A stretch of DNA of 64,000 nucleotides, from contig NIVC01000103.1 in the NCBI GenBank assembly GCA_002269645.1, positions 1 to 64,000 on the forward strand. Reading direction: 5' to 3'. The notes below the pieces were generated by a model, which searched no databases, was not told the DNA's origin, and saw only the letters and a list, made by a program, of their open reading frames with translations. The stretch comes from Macrostomum lignano (Eukaryota). This document shows, piece by piece, positions 45,901-59,100 of the stretch. A program made the translations under genes and the position numbers. Within the stretch, counting starts at the first letter, position 1. Each line of letters opens with the position of its first letter.

Positions 45901-48900
45901 AAAATTATTAATAACATTTTCTGCCTTAGAGTGAGACGCTATCTGGTAAGGTTGTCATCTTTATTGACAGACTTATGGGTGTTTTGGCTTTTGTTTTTCC
46001 AGAGTGATGAATTTTTACTGATTGTAGCAGTATAACTTTTTCTCTTGAAGTTTCATACCAACGGTTGCTGGTTTATTCAGTTTGCTTCTAGTAGCACAGC
46101 TCTGGTTATTGGGTTTAATAAGCTAATTTTGTAGAAAATTAGAAAGTCCGATGTGATAGATATTTTCCAACTTGTTTGATAGACAATGTCCATCTCGTCT
46201 GATAGACAATGTCCATCTGGTCTGATAGACAATGTCCATCTGGTCTGATAGACAATGTCCATCTGGTCTGATAGACAATGTCCATCTAGTCTGACAATGT
46301 CCATCTGGTCTGATAGACAATGTCCATCTGGTCTGATAGACAATGTCCATCTGGTCTGACAATGTCCATCTGGTCTGATAGACAATGTCCATCTGGTCTG
46401 ACAATGTCCATCTGGTCTGATAGACAATGTCCATCTGGTCTGATAGACAATGTCCATCTGGTCTGATAGACAATGTCCATCTGGTCTGATAGACAATGTC
46501 CATCTGGTCTGATAGACAATGTCCATCTGGTCTGATAGACAATGTCCATCTGGTCTGATAGACAATGTCCATCTGATAAATCAATCAACCTTTCATCCCC
46601 AACCCGCATCCCGAATCTCATTCAGCCGTGTCATCCAGGCAGCCGCCGCAGATCACCCTGACGGAGTCGGCGGAGTCTCGCCGTCCCAAGTATCCGTCAG
46701 TGAGCAGCCTGCCCGATCACCAGCAGCAGCAGCTCCAGTTGCAGCACCAGCAGCAGCAGCAGCACCCCAGCCCGGCAATGACCAGCCCCTCCCGCAACCG
46801 GAATCACTCTCACAACGGCGGCGGCGGGACCCCAAACCGATCCCAAAACCGGACTCCGTCGCGCGAAGATCCGCGCGGCTCCTGCGTTAGCGACGAATCC
46901 GGCGTCTGCCGCGGCTGGCTGCTGATGAAGAAGCCGAGATCCACTATTATGCCGGCTAAATGGACTCGGCACTACTGCGTGCTCAAGAATAACGCTTTCT
47001 ACTATTATAAGACTGACAATATTCAGGTGCGGAATTGTTCTCTTTGAAATTGCTTCCTTTCCAGCGCACTGTCAGAATCTCCTGACACACCGTCAGATTC
47101 TCCTGACACACCGTCAGATTTTTCTGACATACCGTCAGATTCTCCTGACACACCGTCAGATTCTACTGACACACCGTCTGATTATCCTGACACACCGTCT
47201 GATTCTCCTGACACACCGTCAGATTCTCCTGACACACCGTCAGATTCTCCTGACACACCGTCAGATTCTCCTGACACACCGTCTAATTCTCAGGTTTTCC
47301 TGACACACCGTCAGATTCTCCTGACACACCGTCTGATTCTCAGATTCTCCTGACACATCGTCAGATTCTCCTGACACATGTCAGATTCTCCTGACACATG
47401 TCAGATTCTCCTGACACATGTCAGATTCTCCTGACACATGTCAGATTCTCCTGACACATGTCAGATTCTCCTGACACATGTCAGATTCTCCTGACACATG
47501 TCAGATTCTCCTGACACATGTCAGATTCTCCTGACACATGTCAGATTCTCCTGACACATGTCAGATTCTCCTGACACATGTCAGATTCTTCTGACACATG
47601 TCAGATTCTCCTGACACATGTCAGATTCTCCTGACACATGTCAGATTCTCCTGACACATGTCAGATTCTCCTGACACATGTCAGATTCTCCTGACACAAC
47701 GTCAGATTCTTTCGACACCGTCATATTATCCTCACAAACTGTCAGATTCTCCTTACACATCGACAGCTCTATTTGACCGCTTGATATACCATTAGTTTGC
47801 AGCACCGATATGTATCGAATTATAAGTAGAACATGAATAGCCCCTCCCCCCCCCCTAAAATACCCAGGAGGAGCACGCCGAAGGCCTAATCAACATGCCT
47901 CACCTGACGGTGACCTTCGCCGAGTCGGAGAGAGGCCAGAAGTACCCCTTTCACATCGAGAACCGGGCGGTGCAGACCACCTTCACCTTCGCTGCCGACA
48001 TCGAAAGCGACCGCACCAAGTGGGTGAACTGCCTGGCGCTGGCCACCATCGGCTACAAGGTGGCCGACAACCAGCGCATCGCCGGCTTCGATCCGCCGTT
48101 CGTTGCCATCGCTCCGTCGTCGACATCGGCAGCTGGACACTCGATCACCGCGTCGCCTTCGCTGTCAACCCACTCGACTCTGACAATGTCGTCTACAGTT
48201 GAAACTGTCGACGATGCCGAATTCTCAATGATGTCGGCGGCCTCTTCGGTGTCGGGCTCGACCGCTTCGCTGCCTCCGCCTGTGCCGCCGCGACTGTCGA
48301 AATCTGGCGCCGCTTCGTCGGCGCGAAATTCTCCGCTGGTGCCGCGACGCGATCCGCCGCCACCTCCGCCGCCGCCGCCCCGACACCTTCCGGTGTCGGC
48401 GACTTCGACGGCTTCGTCGTCTCAGTCGGAGTCGCCCACCGGAGTGCAGGCGCGGTCGTCAGCTGGCTCGGTGGCCTACCGGCCGATGACGCAGATCCTA
48501 GAGGGCGCCATTGTTGGCGGCGTCGGCAACAAGCGGGAGAGCGAACTGCTCCGCAAGGTGATGCGGGCTAAACGGCTGGAAAGGGAGATCCAGGTGAGGC
48601 TGGTGACTTCCATTGTGCCTCAGTGAGATAATATGAGATCCCCAACCACTTTGCCAGATCCCCAGTCAGTCTCCCAGATCCCCAGTCAGTCTCTCCGATT
48701 CCCAGTCACTGCCAGATCCCCAGTCACTCTGCCAGATCCCCAGTTAGTCTCTCCGATTCCCAGTCACTGCCAGATCCCCAGTCACTCTGCCAGATCCCCA
48801 GTTAGTCTCTCAGATCCCCATCTACTCTCCCAGATCCCCAGTAAGTCTCTCAGATTCCCATCCACTCTCCCAGATCTTCAGTTGGTCACCCAAATCCCAG

Positions 48901-49160
48901 TCAGTCTCCCATATCCCCAGTCAGTCTCCCAGATCAGCCACCAATAATCAGCAAAACCTCCTCTGCCTACCCTAATCCAGGACAAAAAGCAGCAGCTGGA
49001 ACTCGTCTCCCAGTTCCTGTCCAGCCCCGAGGCGGCTTCGCCCGATTCGGTGAGTGAATTTCTAAACCAGCACGCCAGCCAGCTGGGCATCAACCGGTTC
49101 ATTAAGCTGGGCGATTCTTCTGGCGCTTCGCTTTCCTCAGATTCGTCAACCGTGATTTGA
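40120..49160 (+). CDS. CNKSR: Connector enhancer of KSR (CNK/CNKSR-like) scaffold, multi-exon; first exon not located
   Basis: SAM exon 40120-40283 ([16 protein letters not shown]...LGI.KVG); CRIC-like exon ~41280-41571; PDZ ~44280-44520; PH (CRGWLLMKK...WTRHYCVLK / YPFHIE...FAAD...WVNCLALA) 46900-48060; last exon 48981-49160. Confidence 0.85.
40370..41050. repeat. Intronic C-rich minisatellite (CTCAATCTCAAACTTCAACCCCCC)n
   Basis: Degenerate tandem units. Confidence 0.9.
41640..42095. repeat. Intronic minisatellite (TTCTCTGAGTTGCTGAGATCCCC)n
   Basis: ~23-24-bp tandem units. Confidence 0.92.
42445..42925. repeat. (GACA)n microsatellite
   Basis: Tandem GACA run. Confidence 0.97.
43530..44280. 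repeat. Intronic minisatellite (AAATCGATCCCAGATCCCC)n
   Basis: 18-19-bp tandem units. Confidence 0.92.
44800..45470. repeat. 28-bp minisatellite, same family as 11155-11590
   Basis: CTCAGTTGCTGGGCCAGCCTCCCAGATC units. Confidence 0.95.
46178..46576. repeat. 23-bp minisatellite (GATAGACAATGTCCATCTGGTCT)n
   Basis: Tandem units. Confidence 0.95.
47070..47760. repeat. 20-22-bp minisatellite (TCAGATTCTCCTGACACATG)n
   Basis: Tandem units. Confidence 0.95.
48640..48935. repeat. Intronic minisatellite (CCAGATCCCCAGTCACTCTG-type)
   Basis: Degenerate tandem units. Confidence 0.85.
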
Positions 49161-49579
49161 ACAGTGACACAACAGTGACACTTGCTAGTAAGATTGCTTA
49201 TTCATTTGATGTCGTTACACGTGTGCCCCGTAATTTTTGTTCCCTGTCTTGAATTTCGCAATTTTGCAGTTATCAAATTTCTATGTGAATATTTTATGAT
49301 TGCTACTGACAGTAGGTTAGCAGAGATGCGCCAACTATCTTGCTTAGCTGAGCGGTATAAATTCGTTTGTATATTTGATTAGTGACTGTTGTATTATAAA
49401 TTTTGCGGGTCAAGTTCCTGGACATATTCACTATGAGGCGCTGTTGTTGATCGAATTTTATAAGTACACGTGACTTCATTTTAAATCTGATGTTGTACTC
49501 TGCCTTGTTCATTTTTAGCTGTGTTGCTGGAGATATGCGTCACTGCGCTTTGCTGTTCATGTGCAGCCACCTTACCCTC

Positions 49580-49746
49580 TAACCTGCTGATTGGACAGCC
49601 ACCCCACCCCAACCTGCTGATTGGGCAGCCACCCCACCCCAACCTGCTGATTGGGCAGCCACCCCACCCCAACCTGCTGATTGGGCAGCCACCCCACCCC
49701 AACCTGCTGATTGGGCAGCCACCCCACCCCAACCTGCTGATTGGAC
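49580..49746. repeat. 30-bp minisatellite (AACCTGCTGATTGGGCAGCCACCCCACCCC)n
   Basis: ~5.5 units. Confidence 0.92.
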
Positions 49747-50124
49747 AGTCTTCTTTTGTTTTTATGTGGCTTTAAGTCTTATACGAGCGTATAGCAGATT
49801 TTGTTGTAATTAAACTTCAATATGAATATATTGCTCTATAAATGTCACTATTTGTACTGCGTTCCAATATTGAATAACTTTGTATTTAAAAAAGCCAAAA
49901 ATAATGCTTGACGCCTTGTGTCTTGTATTTTATGCCTTAAAAGCTTTATTTTTATTTTTTACTAAAACTCTAGCTAACATCAATAGTAGTGATTGGCAGC
50001 TGTTCAATCTTTCTTAGATAGGTAACGTCAATCTTTGTCTCACTTTGTGGGTTCTCACAGATTTCCTGTTTCTCGCGTAATTTGACCCGTCTTTTTTATT
50101 ATCGATCTTTCTGTATTTATCTAA

Positions 50125-50640
50125 AATTGGTGGGTCTTTGTCTGAGATAGGTTGGTCTTTCTACTAATTGGTCGGTCTTTGTCTCAGAATGGTCTTGTCC
50201 GAGATTGGTAGGTCTTTTCCAAGAGTGGTCTTTGTCCGAGATTGGTGTGTCCGAGAGTGGTCTAGTCCGAGAGTGATGATCTTGTCCGAGATTGGTGGGT
50301 CTTTGTCGGAGAGTGGTTTTATTCGAAATTGGTGGGTCTTTTGTCCGAGATTAGTCGGTCTTTGTCTGAGATAGGTTAGTCTTTCTACTAATTGGTCGGT
50401 CTTTGTCTGAGAGTGCTCTTGTCCGAGATTGGTAGGTCTTTGTCGGAGAGTGGTCTTATCCGAGATTGGTAGGTCTTTGTCGGAGAGTGGTCTTATCCGA
50501 GGTTGGTCGGTCATTGTCTGAGAGTGGTCTTGTCCGATATTAGTCGGTCATTGTCTGAGAGTGGTCTTGTCCGAGATTGGTAATTGGTAGGTCTTTGTCG
50601 GAAAGTGGTCTTATCCGAAATTGGTGCGTCTTTGTCTGAG
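50125..50640. repeat. Degenerate minisatellite (TTGTCCGAGATTGGT...)
   Basis: Recurring GTCTTTGTC.GAGA / TGGTC units. Confidence 0.85.
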
Positions 50641-50797
50641 ATTCTTAGAGAATTTTCGGTTTTGCCTGCCTCTAGCTTTCTCTTGTCTTTTTGATATTTC
50701 ATGAGCTTTCATCCAAGATGGCCGAGCTTTGTCACAAAATGTTGCAATGTTTGTCCAATATTGCCCGAGAATTTTGCCCTTTGTCAGAATTATAGCT

Positions 50798-51206
50798 TTT
50801 GTCATGCTATCTCAGCCTAGGGACATCCAAACTCAGCCAGCCCCATTCCGCAATGCGTTTTTTGGCTCGAGCTAGTCGAGTTTTACCATAGACATGCTTC
50901 TTAAGGCCATGCTATCTCAGCCTGGGACATGCAATCTCAGCCAATATAGATTTCAATTGCAAACAGATCTCAATGCTATCATTTCTGTAACGTGACATGA
51001 AATGGCAACAAACAGCAATGAATGAACGCAGCAAGAAAAGTCAGTAAGAATCTGAAAAGTGGCTGAGATTGCATGTCCCAGGCTGAGATAGCATGGCCTT
51101 AAGAAGCATGTCTATGGTAAAACTTGACTGGCTTACGTAAAAAAATCGCACTGTTGAGATGGGCTGGCTGAGTTTGGATGTCTCTAGGCTGAGATAGCAT
51201 GACAAA
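50798..51206. mobile_element. Foldback MITE with ~145-bp TIRs upstream of MFSD12
   Basis: TTTGTCATGCTATCTCAGCC...CAATCTCAGCCA (50798-50943) pairs with TGGCTGAGATTG...GGCTGAGATAGCATGACAAA (51060-51206). Confidence 0.8.
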
Positions 51207-51335
51207 TACTATAGTTGGTAAAGCATTTAGTTAGTCTGTTAGGTCAAGCCATGCTACTTCACAAACCGCTGTACTTCATAAACTGATGATGTGAAGCCGC
51301 CTCTTCAATAATCGTGCAATCAATCAAACACAAAC

Positions 51336-51710
51336 ATGGCCCTCACTCGTCTTCAACGCATTGTGTTCGGCTTCGGTCACGTGTTCAACGATCTGTGCGC
51401 TTCGATTTGGTTCACCTACCTCATTACCTACATGATGAATGTGCTGAAATTCTCAATGGGTAACGCCGGAAATCTGATGATAATTGGTCAGCTGGCTGAT
51501 GGGCTCGGCACCACGTTTGTCGGCTTAGAGTCGGACAGAACCAGTCCTGGTGGCTTTCGTGGCTACGGTCGGCGCAAAACTTGGCACGTTGTTGGCAGCT
51601 TCTGCGTATTAATTAGCTTCCCATTCATATTTAATCCGATACCGTGTGCGCCGCATGCTGACGAATGGGCGAGGCTGATCTACTATGGACCGCTTATTGC
51701 CCTGTTCCAG
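51336..51710 (+). CDS. MFSD12: MFS transporter MFSD12-like, exon 1
   Basis: FGFGHVFNDLCASIWFTYL...GQLADG...VGLESDR...YGRRKTWH; donor CAG|GTAAAT at 51710/51711. Confidence 0.9.
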
Positions 51711-52304
51711 GTAAATTTCTCTGGCTCCGGTGTATTGCTAAAAAAGCAGAAACTAAAAGAACTACTGAGTGTGAGATAATTGAAGCTCAATATCGAGCTG
51801 CTTCAGGTGTGCTGCTTGAGTACGAGCTACCAGAAAAAAATTGGAACCGTGGAAGAGCGAGTAGACTGGAACACTGTGCGGAATGATGCAAAGTTTTTCT
51901 TGATAGCTACTTCTTTGAAGTACATGTACGAGCTATAAGCAACGGCATATTAGGGCTGGAGTTGTGTTCGCTTCTCGGTGTAAAACTACGGGTTTTAAAA
52001 GTACAAATGGGATATTCAATCTCTGGACACTTCGTGCCGTTCTCTTGCCGCTATCACATATACTAGCTCATAGAACTTCCAGATATGCTACACAAATTAG
52101 TTAAAAAGTAGTGCGTCTTCTCTTCCAGTAGTAGTTTGTCTGCGCAGCGTCACCTAAATATTTTGGCAGCTAAAATGTACCTTCCTTCCTCGGGGTTTGT
52201 GGCCTCAGGAGCATATGGGGCTAAGGATAAACAGCAAGCTTTTAACTCCAGTGAACGCAAGACGGACGAAACTCAGTCTAGGGGGGGGGGGGGCTATAGA
52301 TCAG

Positions 52305-53790
52305 GCAATGACACGAACTGGACAGATGACCTGTCGGATAAATGACACTAGAAGATAAAGGAATGACACGAACTGGACAGATGACCTGTCGGATAAATAA
52401 CACTATGAAGATAAAGGAATGACACGAACTGGACAGATGACCTGTCGGATAAATAACATTATGAAGATAATGGAATGACACGAACTGGACAGATGACCTG
52501 TCGGATAAATAACACTATGAAGATAATGGAATGACACGAACTGGACAGATGACCTGTCGGATAAATAACACTATGAAGATAATGGAATGACACGAACTGG
52601 ACAGATGACCTGTCGGATAAATAACACTATGAAGATAATGGAATGACACGAACTGGACAGATGACCTGTCGGATAAATAACACTATGAAGATAATGGAAT
52701 GACACGAACTGGACAGATGACCTGTCGGATAAATGACACTAGAAGATAATGGAATGACACGAACTGGACAGATGACCTGTCGGATAAATGACACTAGAAG
52801 ATAAAGGAATGACACGAACTGGACAGATGACCTGTCGGATAAATAACACTATGAAGATAAAGGAATGACACGAACTGGACAGATGACCTGTCGGATAAAT
52901 GACACTAGAAGATAAAGGAATGACACGAACTGGACAGATGACCTGTCGGATAAATGACACTAGAAGATAAAGGAATGACACGAACTGGACAGATGACCTG
53001 TCGGATAAATAACACTATGAAGATAAAGGAATGACACGAACTGGACAGATGACCTGTCGGATAAATAACACTATGAAGATAAAGGAATGACACGAACTGG
53101 ACAGATGACCTGTCGGATAAATAACACTATGAAGATAAAGGAATGACACGAACTGGACAGATGACCTGTCGGACAAATGACACTATGAAGATAAAGGAAT
53201 GACACGAACTGGACAGATGACCTGTCGGATAAATGACACTAGAAGATAAAGGAATGACACGAACTGGACAGATGACCTGTCGGACAAATGACACTATGAA
53301 GATAAAGGAATGACACGAACTGGACAGATGACCTGTCGGACAAATGACACTATGAAGATAAAGGAATGACACGAACTGGACAGATGACCTGTCGGATAAA
53401 TGACACTAGAAGATAAAGGAATGACACGAACTGGACAGATGACCTGTCGGATAAATAACACTATGAAGATAATGGAATGACACGAACTGGACAGATGACC
53501 TGTCGGATAAATAACACTATGAAGATAATGGAATGACACGAACTGGACAGATGACCTGTCGGATAAATAACACTATGAAGATAATGGAATGACACGAACT
53601 GGACAGATGACCTGTCGGATATATAACACTATGCAGATAAAGGAATGACACGAACTGGACAGATGACCTGTCGGATAAATGACACTAGAAGATAAAGGAA
53701 TGACACGAACTAAACAGATGACCTCTTGTTGGAAAAATAACACTATGAAAATAAATAAATGACACGAACTGGACAGTTGATCCTCTGGTT
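52305..53790. repeat. 56-bp minisatellite (GAATGACACGAACTGGACAGATGACCTGTCGGATAAATAACACTATGAAGATAAAG)n; resumes at 56134-56225
   Basis: ~26 units; the same unit lies on the far side of the Gypsy element. Confidence 0.95.
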
Positions 53791-56133
53791 GAAACAAAAT
53801 GAGTGTGGTTAGCTGAGCAGTTAATAGGCTTAACTTGGGGCCGCGGTGCAGGACATCCTTGTAGGTGCGCTCCGAACTCAGCGACACAGAAGTCCTGGTG
53901 TCCACCTCCATCAGACACGGGCGTCCGTCGATGAAAACTGTTGTGATTATCGGGGGCACAGTTTCGCTGCGTGTGGGTGTGGAACCAAGTTGGTACAGAG
54001 AGTACGGCTCGTCTTAATCCTTCTCGATGGTTGTCGCCTCAGAAACTTGGTTGACCACCTGCTGAGGCTGATTTCTCTGCAAGCCCCGGCCGTGTGTCCA
54101 TTTTCTCGCACCGGAAATTCTGCTTGTCGATAAACGGACATTTTTGGGACATGTGCCTTGTCGACAGGCACCTGTCTGATCTGATCCGGTGCTCTTCCTT
54201 GCTGAATCTTGAGAACTGAATCCTCCGTCTTCTTCTTCAGCGCTCCTCTAGCGGCGCAGCGGCGCCGAAACAGACAGGGGCCAACGCCCCATGCTCCGTA
54301 GGAGCGAGAGAGCCAAGCCCGGCTCGGCGAGGAGGCGCTCCAATTCATTGCCGACAATGCGTAGGCGGCGCGCGTCCCCCTTGGGGTTGAAGATCGCGTG
54401 TGTACTGGAGTCCGGTGCCCCGCAGAGCGGGGAGTCCGTCAGACCGAATCGATGTCGGATCTCGGCGGCCAGCATGGAAGCACCGGCTCGAAGTTGGCAG
54501 GCCACCGTGTGCTCGGCCCGGATCCTGGCGTGGAAAGTCGGCCAGGCTGGTGGCATGACGCTGTCGTCAAGCGCACGGCGGTCTCGGCGAATTGCGGCCT
54601 TGGCGGCACTGAGCGAAATGGCAGCCGATGTTTGCGGCATTTGCGGCTCTGTCTGCGGCTTCATTGGCGGGTATGCCGCAGTGGGCAGGGACCCAAGTGA
54701 GGTCGATGTCGTTGCGTTCGCGGGTGCCCAGGTTGATGAGGAGACGCCAGCAGGAGAGGCCGCTCTCAGTGCGTTGATCCAGGGGGCCCGCTTGCAGGGC
54801 AATGAGCGACGAGAGCGAGTCGCTACACAGCCGGATGCGGGCTGCGCGAGGACCGACCTTCTCCGCGACGAAGGTGAGGGCGTCCTTGATGGCGCGCATC
54901 TCAGCGTCGAAGGAGCTGCAGAAACGGCCGGCCAGGTTTTTTCGGACGAAGGTAACTAGGTTGGTGCCGATAATGGCGGCGCTGCCTCCCGGTCCTGTGC
55001 CGTCTACAACCGAGCTGTCGGTCCATGCGCTGATGTCGGCTTCGGATAGGGCCTCAAGGATGCCGTGGGCGGCTGCACTTTGGTCGGCAGGTGGATCAGT
55101 CTTGCTACACCTGGAGGCTGCCTCCAGACAGAACTGCACCCTGTCCGTGTGGGCCTCCCAGGAAGCGATGCCGAAGTTGCATAGGTCATCTCTGGTGTAC
55201 AGGTCGAGCTTAGCGCAGGCTGGCATTTCAAGCGCCGCTCGGCGCCAACAATTGCAAAAGGGTCGTCTAGCGTTTCGGAGATCGAGATATCCTCCGTATT
55301 GCTACTCTCGCTGGTCCCAGTGGCTGATTCACTGATGAGTGGCTGACCTCGCAGTTCTTTGTTTCCGACTCATGGGCCTGAGCAATTTCAGTGGCGGACT
55401 TAAGATTCAACTCTGGATCCGCCAACAATCGTCGCTGGATCTCCAGATTGTTGATGCCGCACACCAGTCGGTCTCGCAACATCGCGTCCAGATTGTTGCG
55501 CAGCTTCCGCAGCTCTGCCAGATATGTTGATACGGTCGTCAGGCTTCCTGACGCGTTTGTTGAAGTTGAAGCGCTGAACGATCTCCGACGGCGTAGGACA
55601 GTGATGTTCTTTGAGAAGCTTGCAGATATCTGAGAAGCTCTTGTCTCCAACTTTGGCTGGGCGAGCAAAGGTTGCGAGCAATTTGAAAAGTCTGGCGGCC
55701 ACAAACGCTTAGCAGGACGGCCCTTTTCTTTGCATCTTCTCTGATGTCATGCGCTTCAAAGTACTGCTCCAGTCGCTCCTGGTATTCCGTCCCGGACTCT
55801 TCTCTGTCATAAAGTTCTCAAACGCGTGGGTAGACACTGACATCTCGTCGCCAGTGAAACAACTTGACTTACGATGGTACTAGCCCAAAAATCTACTATA
55901 TACTGTAGATACTGTAGCGACTTATATACTTAAGAGACTAAGGCTTAATAAAGGGACTAAAAACGCAAAGTAGCAATTGTATGAGTATGAATGAGTACGC
56001 GACAGTGTACGCTCAAACGAAAGTACAGAGGGGAGATAAAAATAGCCAGAGCAGCGCAACCCCAAAACACACACAGACCAACTCAGCACCAACGCCCCAG
56101 ACACACGCTACACGCGACACACGCCACCACACA
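53790..56133 (-). mobile_element. Truncated Gypsy (Mag-like) LTR retrotransposon: 5' LTR 56133-55855, PBS, gag, protease fragment
   Basis: LTR TGT...TTCA; PBS TGGCGACGAG (55853-55844, matches tRNA-Ser(GCU) 3' end); gag LLKEHHCP...QRFNFNKR...MLRDRLVCGI...IQRRLL; protease VFIDGRPCLMEVDT. Confidence 0.85.
54229..55288 (-). mobile_element. 5'-truncated RNase H-containing non-LTR retrotransposon (I/Ingi-like) inserted in Gypsy gag
   Basis: RNase H motifs WTDSS, AEMRAI, CSDSLS, WVPAHCGIPANEAADRAA; (GAA)n tail; 9-bp TSD ACGGAGGAT at 55297-55289 and 54228-54220. Confidence 0.88.
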
Positions 56134-59100
56134 GATAGAGGAATGACACGAACTGGACAGATGACCCTCTGGTCGGACAAATGACACTATGGAGATAAAG
56201 GAATGACACGAACTGGACAGATGTCAGTTGACAGATGACAGATTATAAAATAGAAATAATAAGTTTCAGTTCAATATACTTGTAGTGGACATATGACCCG
56301 AATGGAAATTAAAATTAAAATTTCGAAAGCATCCAAGTATATGTACTACTTAAGTACTACTGTACGAATAGTAAAAAAGATAAAAATAAAGTAAAATAAA
56401 ACAACACAAACAGAAACAGCATGAAAAATATAGCAAAAATTGAGAAAAAAAATTAACACGTTCCACCACGCGTTGGCGGCTTGCCAAAAAATTGCACGTG
56501 CATGCCGCTTACTCTGGAAGGTTTTTCTGCATTAGGTAGCAGGCAAGCCATAGCCAGCCACCAGTTTAATATTAATAATTAAATTTTGTAAAAGCTAGTA
56601 AAAAAGGAATTATTTTTTTGAATTCTACTCGTACTTACTTGGCCAGTCGACTCTTCAATTGCCTTCATAAGCACGTCGCTGCCCGCACCTTCTGTAGCGG
56701 TCCGTATGCACTTGGTATGCATCACGTGCCACTTTTGGAGTGTGATACAGACGGTCAGCCACCAACTGTTTATCAGCGCCAGCCAAGAGAGCCATTCATA
56801 GAGAGGGCATTCATAAATGTGTAGTTAACGCGGGTCGGTTCGGGTGCCCAGCCCAGGCACTCTAAGGTTGTACCAGCAGGCGTTGTGACGCTCTGCCAAT
56901 GCGATACTACTACTGACAGGCGTTATGACGCTCTGGGTAGGGAATTTGCTCGTTCTGGAGTGATGACGCTCGGAATTAGCGTTGCTCCAAAGGTGTTGTG
57001 AAACTCTCTGGTGCTTATACTGTGGTAAAGTATGATAGAAGTAAGTATGGTACACGGGGTCCGCTCTCCCAGCGTTGTGACGCTCTGGCAGGAATTCCCT
57101 GCAGCCTACCAAGCTTCCCAGAAAAGACTGAACTCAAGCAGGCGTCTTACCAGTGGCCGAGTTATCAGATGCGTGTTTAAGCTGGCTTCTTACTTGCCCT
57201 TGCCCTTCTGGGTCATTTGTCGACTTATTTGTGGTGCCGTAGAACTTGAAACTTTGTTAGAACTAAATGTCTTATTAGAAGCTAAACAACTCTTTTCTCA
57301 AGGTTGCAGTACGAGGGGAACGGCAAACCCTAGCGGGTTCGAGCAAAAAACCCTGCGCAAATTAATAAATACGACACAGGCCTGGGGGGCAGATGGCCCC
57401 ACCGGCCAGCCAATCAAAACCCCGGCTAGGGGGGAAGGGGCCGCACGGCTAAGGAGGGGCACGTACAAAGCTCGGCCGCCAACCCCCCCCCCCAGTCTGC
57501 GCCAAAGTGCATCACGCCCTGCAAACCAGATGCATTACAAATGATATTATGAATGAAAGTTAATATAAATTAATAAAAAATGGATTTTTTATTTCTGACC
57601 ATAAGGAAAATAAAGATTAAAGACATTATTTATTAGTGTAAATAATTTATGACTAAATATACATAAATATCCCTCGCTTGTCGACTGTACATTCGCTAGG
57701 TCACAATAATAATAATTGGGAAGAGTTCGCTGATTCGCAGCGATAAGAAGTAAAAAGCAGACAAAAGAATTGTTTGTAATTTTTTTTTCAAAATTAAGGA
57801 ACAGCAATACTTACTTTTGTTTAAATGAACGCACGAAATCTTGTACATGTCACATTATGTAAGAACTCGCTGAAATAAGTCCTATGTCTACGGAACATAC
57901 CTTCGAAGCTGCCATAATTAAACTTGATGAATGGACTTGCAGCGTCCTACGGCAGTTGGGCTTTGGCTCTCGCGTCGTTGAAGCAGGCGTAAAATCAGGC
58001 TGCGGCACTCATGTTACGTTTTCTTTCGCTGCGCCAACGTACTGCATCGTCTTGTGTTTGGCCACCTGAATTAAATTAAAAAACTTTGTGCAGCTTTAGA
58101 GAAATCGTAAAAATAATTATTCACTTTTTGGCTTAACAAAATTATCTGATCTATAAAGCTTGAGGTGGGGGCGGAGGAAGAGCAGTAAAATTCTTTGAGA
58201 CTTGGGCGGGTTGACGAATTTGAAATGCCACCGGCGTTGAGTTCGCACGAAGAATTCCGGAAAATCGTGCAGTCGAATCTCAAAGGGGTTCCTCCTAAAT
58301 ACTCCGTCTGCCGGGTCCTCAGTTCCGGGGGGGGGAGGGTAGTCGTAATCGCAGTCGAGCGGTCTTCGTTAGGCACGGTCGTTCCAATTGGGTCCTAGAC
58401 ACCGAAGTTCAATGTATGGAGTGCTTCGCTGGTTACTATCAGTAGAGTAGCGCTGCCACCACCGTAATTTACGTATTACGGAACGTTGAATTCTCAGAGC
58501 TTTCTTTGAGATGAGAAACTTTTGGTTGTTTACGCCTCACGGGCAAATAACTCAATTTAAAGCTATGGGCTTAGTGAATTAACGAATAAATATTAGTAGG
58601 TATTATTAAAATAAAATTGGCCGTAGCTGGCTACGAACAAGAGTTCCGACTGTACCGTGGTGTGGAGTAAATATGGTTAATAAAGGTTAAACAAGTTTAC
58701 GCAAGCTAAGGAAGTTAAAGTCGCGTGGGTATATACTCGTACAATTGAGTAACAAAACTAAACGCTAAAGAAAAGGAACAGGCAAAGCACAAAAAGGAGA
58801 GGAGAGGCAAGGCATGCAAACGGTGCGGCCCGTTCTGAGCCATATAAATATGACGGGAAAAATATTAAACCGGTGCATGGGGCAACAGATGGGGCAACGG
58901 AAAATGCACAGAAAACCCAAGAAGAACCAGGGAACGGGAAAACGAGGCCAACAGACGGGCCAACGGAAGGGGCAAAAGATGGGCCAACAGGTGGACGGGG
59001 AAAACTACCAAAAAGGCCAAAGGCGGGACGACCAACACTGAAAAAAAAATTTACGTCACTGCGTGAGTCATTTAAGGTAGGTAAGCCGTCAAAGTCCAGT

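Noticed and set aside
23760-48935. Strand polarity of intronic minisatellites relative to transcription
   Set aside because: C-rich on the sense strand in CNK but mixed in HGSNAT; no consistent rule.
53785-53800. Residual 3' LTR end (TTGTTTCA) of the Gypsy element
   Set aside because: Equally explained as a degenerate 56-bp unit; there is no matching TSD.
56877-57087. CRISPR array
   Set aside because: Repeats are only 19 nt, there are few and degenerate copies, no cas genes, and the context is eukaryotic; kept only as an unexplained spaced repeat.
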